This document shows, in pieces, positions 60,551-64,000 of a stretch of DNA of 64,000 nt. Location: contig CAZXLH010000004.1 in assembly GCA_964641455.1 (NCBI GenBank), positions 14,777 to 78,776 of the forward strand, written 5' to 3'. Under the pieces are notes generated by a model. The model worked only from the letters and a program-made list of their open reading frames with translations. It was not told the DNA's origin and ran no database searches. Made by a program: the position numbers and the translations under genes. This DNA comes from an uncultured Eubacteriales bacterium. Its GTDB lineage: Bacteria; Bacillota; Sulfobacillia; Fermentithermobacillales; Fermentithermobacillaceae. Each line of letters begins with the position of its first letter. The first letter of the stretch is position 1.

Positions 60551-62272
60551 TTAACGCGCAAGAGCCAACCGCTTTCTTACTATATTCCACGTTTCTTTGT
60601 TGGTTTTGGTCTTGCTCAAAACATCAATGAGAGCTTCGAGAACCTTGTCAGGTTCAATGTCATTGGTCATTTTGCGGAAAAGCCACATAGACTCAAGTTC
60701 TTCTCTTGACTGCAAAAGTTCTTCTTTTCGAGTACCCGACCGCTTAACATCAATGGCAGGGAAGATCCTACGCTCAGACAGTTTTCTGTCGAGATGGACT
60801 TCCATGTTTCCGGTACCCTTGAACTCTTCGTAGATAACATCGTCCATCCGGCTGCCTGTATCTACAAGACATGTAGCCAGGATAGTAAGGCTTCCGCCTT
60901 CTTCGATGTTTCTTGCAGCACCAAAGAACCGCTTGGGTTTGTGAAAAGCGGCAGGATCCATGCCACCTGTAAGAGTTCTTCCGGAAGGCGGCTCTATGAG
61001 GTTGTAGGCCCTGGTCATTCTTGTGATGCTGTCCAAAAGGACCACTACATCGTCCCCGTTTTCTACAAGCCTCTTGGCACGTTCAAGAGCCATTTCAGCA
61101 ACTCTTGCATGGTTCTCAGGGGGCTCATCAAACGTAGACGCAATTACTTCGCCATTTACCGACCTTTGCATGTCTGTAACTTCTTCAGGACGCTCGTCTA
61201 TAAGCAGTACCATAAGGTAAGTTTCAGGGCTGTTTGTGGTAATGGCATTGGCAATGTTCTTTAAGAGTACTGTTTTGCCTGCCTTAGGAGGCGATACTAT
61301 TAGCCCTCTCTGCCCCCTGCCTACAGGCGCGACCAGATCGAGTAACCTTCCCGAATGTTCATGCCTATGGGTTTCAAGTTTGAAGCGTTCATTGGGGAAA
61401 ATTGGCGTGAGCCCTTCAAAGTTAGGCCGTTCCCTTGCCAAATCAGGATCTTCGCCGTTTATGGCTTCTATTCTAAGAAGGCCATAATACCTTTCACTGT
61501 CCTTGGGAGGGCGGACCTGCCCTGATACAAGATCGCCTGTTCTCAAATCGAACCTGCGGATTTGCGAAGGTGACACGTATATGTCGTCTCTGGATGGAAA
61601 GTAAAATGCCGGCCTCAAAAACCCGAATCCTTCATGGAGAATGTCAAGAAGCCCTTCTGCAAAGATCAGGCCTCCGGCTTGGGTTCTTGCCTTAAGGATT
61701 TCAAATACCAGTTCCTTCTTTCTGAAACTGGAGTAGCTTGCAATCCCCAACTCTCTTGCCACTCTTTGGAGTTCTACAAGAGTCATGTTCTCAAGTTCTC
61801 CCATTGAGGGGCCCGGTTTAGACCTTGAAATAATCCGTGCCTGCCTCTTGGGTGTTTGAGAGGCATCAGATGCATGGTTCTTTGATTCGTGGTTATTTTC
61901 GGATTTTGCCTCGGGGGTTACATTGCTTTCTTTTTCAGGTTGCTCTTTTGCCTTAACATCATCTTGGGTTTGCTTGGTTTCCTGCTCACTCTGATTGGTT
62001 GTCATATCGGATTCATCCGCCTTTTCAGACTCTTGGTTCTTTTTACGTGTGCTGCCACGACGAGTTTTGTTTGGTTCTTCCGATTGTTGCTCAGATGTTG
62101 CTTTGTCAGAGGCCTTTGCATCTGACGAAGCAGTGTTTCTTGAACGCGTCTTGCGCGTTTTGGAGGGTGTATCCTCGGCTGCTTCAGCTTCTTTTTGCTT
62201 TGCATGGCCGGGTTCGCCTCCAGGATCTGGCACTAACATCTTTTCTTTTGCTGGAGTGCCATCTTTACTCAT
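60551..62272 (-). CDS. rho: Transcription termination factor Rho with a ~170-aa N-terminal low-complexity extension
   Basis: Canonical Rho from [12 protein letters not shown] onward, including Walker [13 protein letters not shown]. It is preceded by a K/E/S/T/D/Q-rich region. An ATG at 62272 with a GAAGGTG ribosome-binding site is preferred over the TTG at 62302. Confidence 0.9.
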   Translation of the reverse strand: MSKDGTPAKEKMLVPDPGGEPGHAKQKEAEAAEDTPSKTRKTRSRNTASSDAKASDKATSEQQSEEPNKTRRGSTRKKNQESEKADESDMTTNQSEQETKQTQDDVKAKEQPEKESNVTPEAKSENNHESKNHASDASQTPKRQARIISRSKPGPSMGELENMTLVELQRVARELGIASYSSFRKKELVFEILKARTQAGGLIFAEGLLDILHEGFGFLRPAFYFPSRDDIYVSPSQIRRFDLRTGDLVSGQVRPPKDSERYYGLLRIEAINGEDPDLARERPNFEGLTPIFPNERFKLETHRHEHSGRLLDLVAPVGRGQRGLIVSPPKAGKTVLLKNIANAITTNSPETYLMVLLIDERPEEVTDMQRSVNGEVIASTFDEPPENHARVAEMALERAKRLVENGDDVVVLLDSITRMTRAYNLIEPPSGRTLTGGMDPAAFHKPKRFFGAARNIEEGGSLTILATCLVDTGSRMDDVIYEEFKGTGNMEVHLDRKLSERRIFPAIDVKRSGTRKEELLQSREELESMWLFRKMTNDIEPDKVLEALIDVLSKTKTNKETWNIVRKRLALAR

Positions 62273-62771
62273 ATTTAACACCTTCTTCTGTAAAATTGCC
62301 AAGTTTAAAAGCTGACTTCACAGCAATACAAATGGGTACACGAGAAAATACCATTGCTTTCCGGAATCAAGCGATTCACTTTTTAATGGAGGGTTGCGCC
62401 AGTGAAGACTATAGCTTTTTACTCCAATCTGAAACTATCATACGTAATCAATTTGATCAAGATGCCCATGTAATTGAAATTACTATGTTCTCAACAAGCG
62501 GCATTACCACCTCGCCCATGACATGGCAATCATTGCCATCAATACTAGGTTATCTTGTTATGAGTTTAAGCATGCATTCATTTGAAGGCACCTTGGATTT
62601 TACTGCTCAATAACATTGATGGCAGCCTGCCGAATTCTCGGCACCTTTATGAGCCGCAAAATTACTACTGCCAGAGACGACTGTGTTTTCATACCTCAGA
62701 AAAACCATGGCGGGCTGACTATAGCATTTGTTGCGGCTCTCCCTGTTACCGGCCAATGTATTTTCTGCTTG

Positions 62772-63428
62772 CTAGCCTTCAAGTTCCTGCTTGACTTTAG
62801 CCCAATCATCCAAAAACCGCTTTATGCCTATATCGGTAAGAGGATGTTTCACCATTGCTTCAAGCACTTTGTAAGGAACCGTGGCAATGTGGCTTGAAAC
62901 CCTTGCAGCTTCAAGCACGTGCATGGGATGCCGCACAGATGCTGCGATCACCTTGGTGCCCAGGTTGTAGTTTTCCATCATAATAACCAGGTCTTCGACT
63001 ATATCCATTCCCTCATTGCTAATGTCATCAAGACGCCCTATAAACGGGCTTATGTAGGTTGCGCCTGCCAGAGCCGCCAAGAGCCCTTGGGACGCTGAAA
63101 ATACCAACGTTACATTAGTCTTTATTCCTTCTTCTGAGAGAACTTTAACTGCCTTTAGCCCGTCTTTGGTCATAGGAATTTTTACAACAACATTTTGGGC
63201 AATTTTCGACAGCTGTCTTGCTTCAGAGATCATCTCCCGGGAATCCAGGCTTAATACTTCGGCCGATACCGGCCCGGGAACCATGCCGCAAATTTGCTTG
63301 ACCAAATCTTTAAAGTCCCGCTTCTCCTTGGCTACAAGGCTTGGGTTTGTAGTAACACCTGAGATAACTCCCCAGTCAAGTGCTTCTTTAATCTCCTCTA
63401 TGTTTGCTGTGTCTAAGAAAAGCTGCAT
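62772..63428 (-). CDS. Fructose-6-phosphate aldolase / transaldolase (TalC/Fsa family)
   Basis: 218 aa with [31 protein letters not shown] and the Schiff-base Lys region (VVVKIPMT). Confidence 0.85.
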   Translation of the reverse strand: MQLFLDTANIEEIKEALDWGVISGVTTNPSLVAKEKRDFKDLVKQICGMVPGPVSAEVLSLDSREMISEARQLSKIAQNVVVKIPMTKDGLKAVKVLSEEGIKTNVTLVFSASQGLLAALAGATYISPFIGRLDDISNEGMDIVEDLVIMMENYNLGTKVIAASVRHPMHVLEAARVSSHIATVPYKVLEAMVKHPLTDIGIKRFLDDWAKVKQELEG

Positions 63429-63778
63429 GTGGGAACCTCCTCATTCCAATATGTGTCTTTAAGCCGTTCTTCATGTAATCGTATTATGTAGTAGCCGTGC
63501 TTTTCACTCACGGTGCTCCTCTCGGTGCTTAAAAAGCCGATAGACCGCTCTTGGCACCGAGAGTTTAGTGCACTTGTTATCGATTACCGTTTGCAACGTA
63601 ATGCAATCTTCTTTCGCTTGTCATACTCCGCTTATCATGTTGTCATATACCTGGCTCGGGCATGGAGCCGGCCTGGCGGATTTGATATGGCAGGTTTGCA
63701 TAAACCGCTTGTCATGTTACCATATACCGCCTATCACAACACTATCTACACAGAATAATATTTAATATTCGGGTTTGT

Positions 63779-64000
63779 TCAGCTGTTAGCCAACCCCAAA
63801 GTCTTACGGGCTTCTGATGGCTTTGCTACAGGCCGTCCAAGTTCTTTGGCAACTCTTACCATCCTGGCTACCAACTCTGCGTTTGACTTTGCCTTTACTC
63901 CCCTTGAGTAGTATATATTATCTTCAAACCCAACACGTACATGCCCGCCGAGAATTATTGCCATTGCGCCTAACGGCAGTTCATGCCTCCCTATTCCTGC
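63779..64000 (-). CDS. 3-keto-5-aminohexanoate cleavage enzyme family protein (BKACE/DUF849), C-terminal part. The gene continues beyond the window end.
   Basis: C-terminal GGHVRVGFEDNIYYSRG ... ELVARMVRVAKELGRPVAKPSEAR is typical of the Kce family. Confidence 0.65.
   Translation of the reverse strand, partial: AGIGRHELPLGAMAIILGGHVRVGFEDNIYYSRGVKAKSNAELVARMVRVAKELGRPVAKPSEARKTLGLANS

Noticed and set aside
1-64000. CRISPR arrays, transposases or integrases, prophage genes, and rRNA or tRNA genes
   Set aside because: No regularly spaced direct repeats were seen. Every sizeable ORF is assigned to a housekeeping, flagellar, sporulation or envelope function. Intergenic regions are short, and those I read through showed no tRNA-like structure (TpsiC GGTTCGAATCC motif). 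The check was done by eye and was not exhaustive.

Overview
This is a 64 kb, gene-dense core-chromosome window from a low-to-moderate GC, spore-forming, flagellated Firmicute, apparently Clostridia-like. It carries a split transketolase, a V/A-type ATPase operon and spoIID/spoIIQ-like/spoIIID genes. Nearly every gene is on the minus strand. Gene order mirrors the Bacillus subtilis uvrBA..ftsEX..prfB-secA-hpf..fliTSD..csrA-fliW-flgLK-flgNM-yvyF-comFC..metK-fabZ-flhPO-mbl-spoIIID..spoIID-murA-[ATPase]..ywlG-rpiB-ywlEC-prmC-prfA-ywkF-rpmE-rho-tal neighbourhood. I saw no rRNA or tRNA genes, CRISPR arrays, transposases or integrases. The points most worth a second look are listed here. (1) A four-gene insertion lies between hpf and secA: a CofC/MobA-like protein, a 222-aa internally repeated protein, a 7TM-HD-GYP phosphodiesterase and a membrane protein, with a 255-nt structured leader in front of the HD-GYP gene. 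(2) A V-type ATPase operon occupies the position next to murA-spoIID where Firmicutes normally have the F-type atp operon. (3) TsaC/Sua5 is fused to a YwlE-like low-molecular-weight phosphatase. (4) A classical prfB +1 frameshift site (CTT TGA C) is visible. (5) csrA-fliW has no adjacent flagellin gene. (6) Rho carries a roughly 170-aa N-terminal low-complexity extension and a 470-nt leader containing a perfect 17-bp palindrome. (7) The tal leader is rich in repeats. Functional calls rest on motifs I recognise by eye and were not confirmed by any database search.
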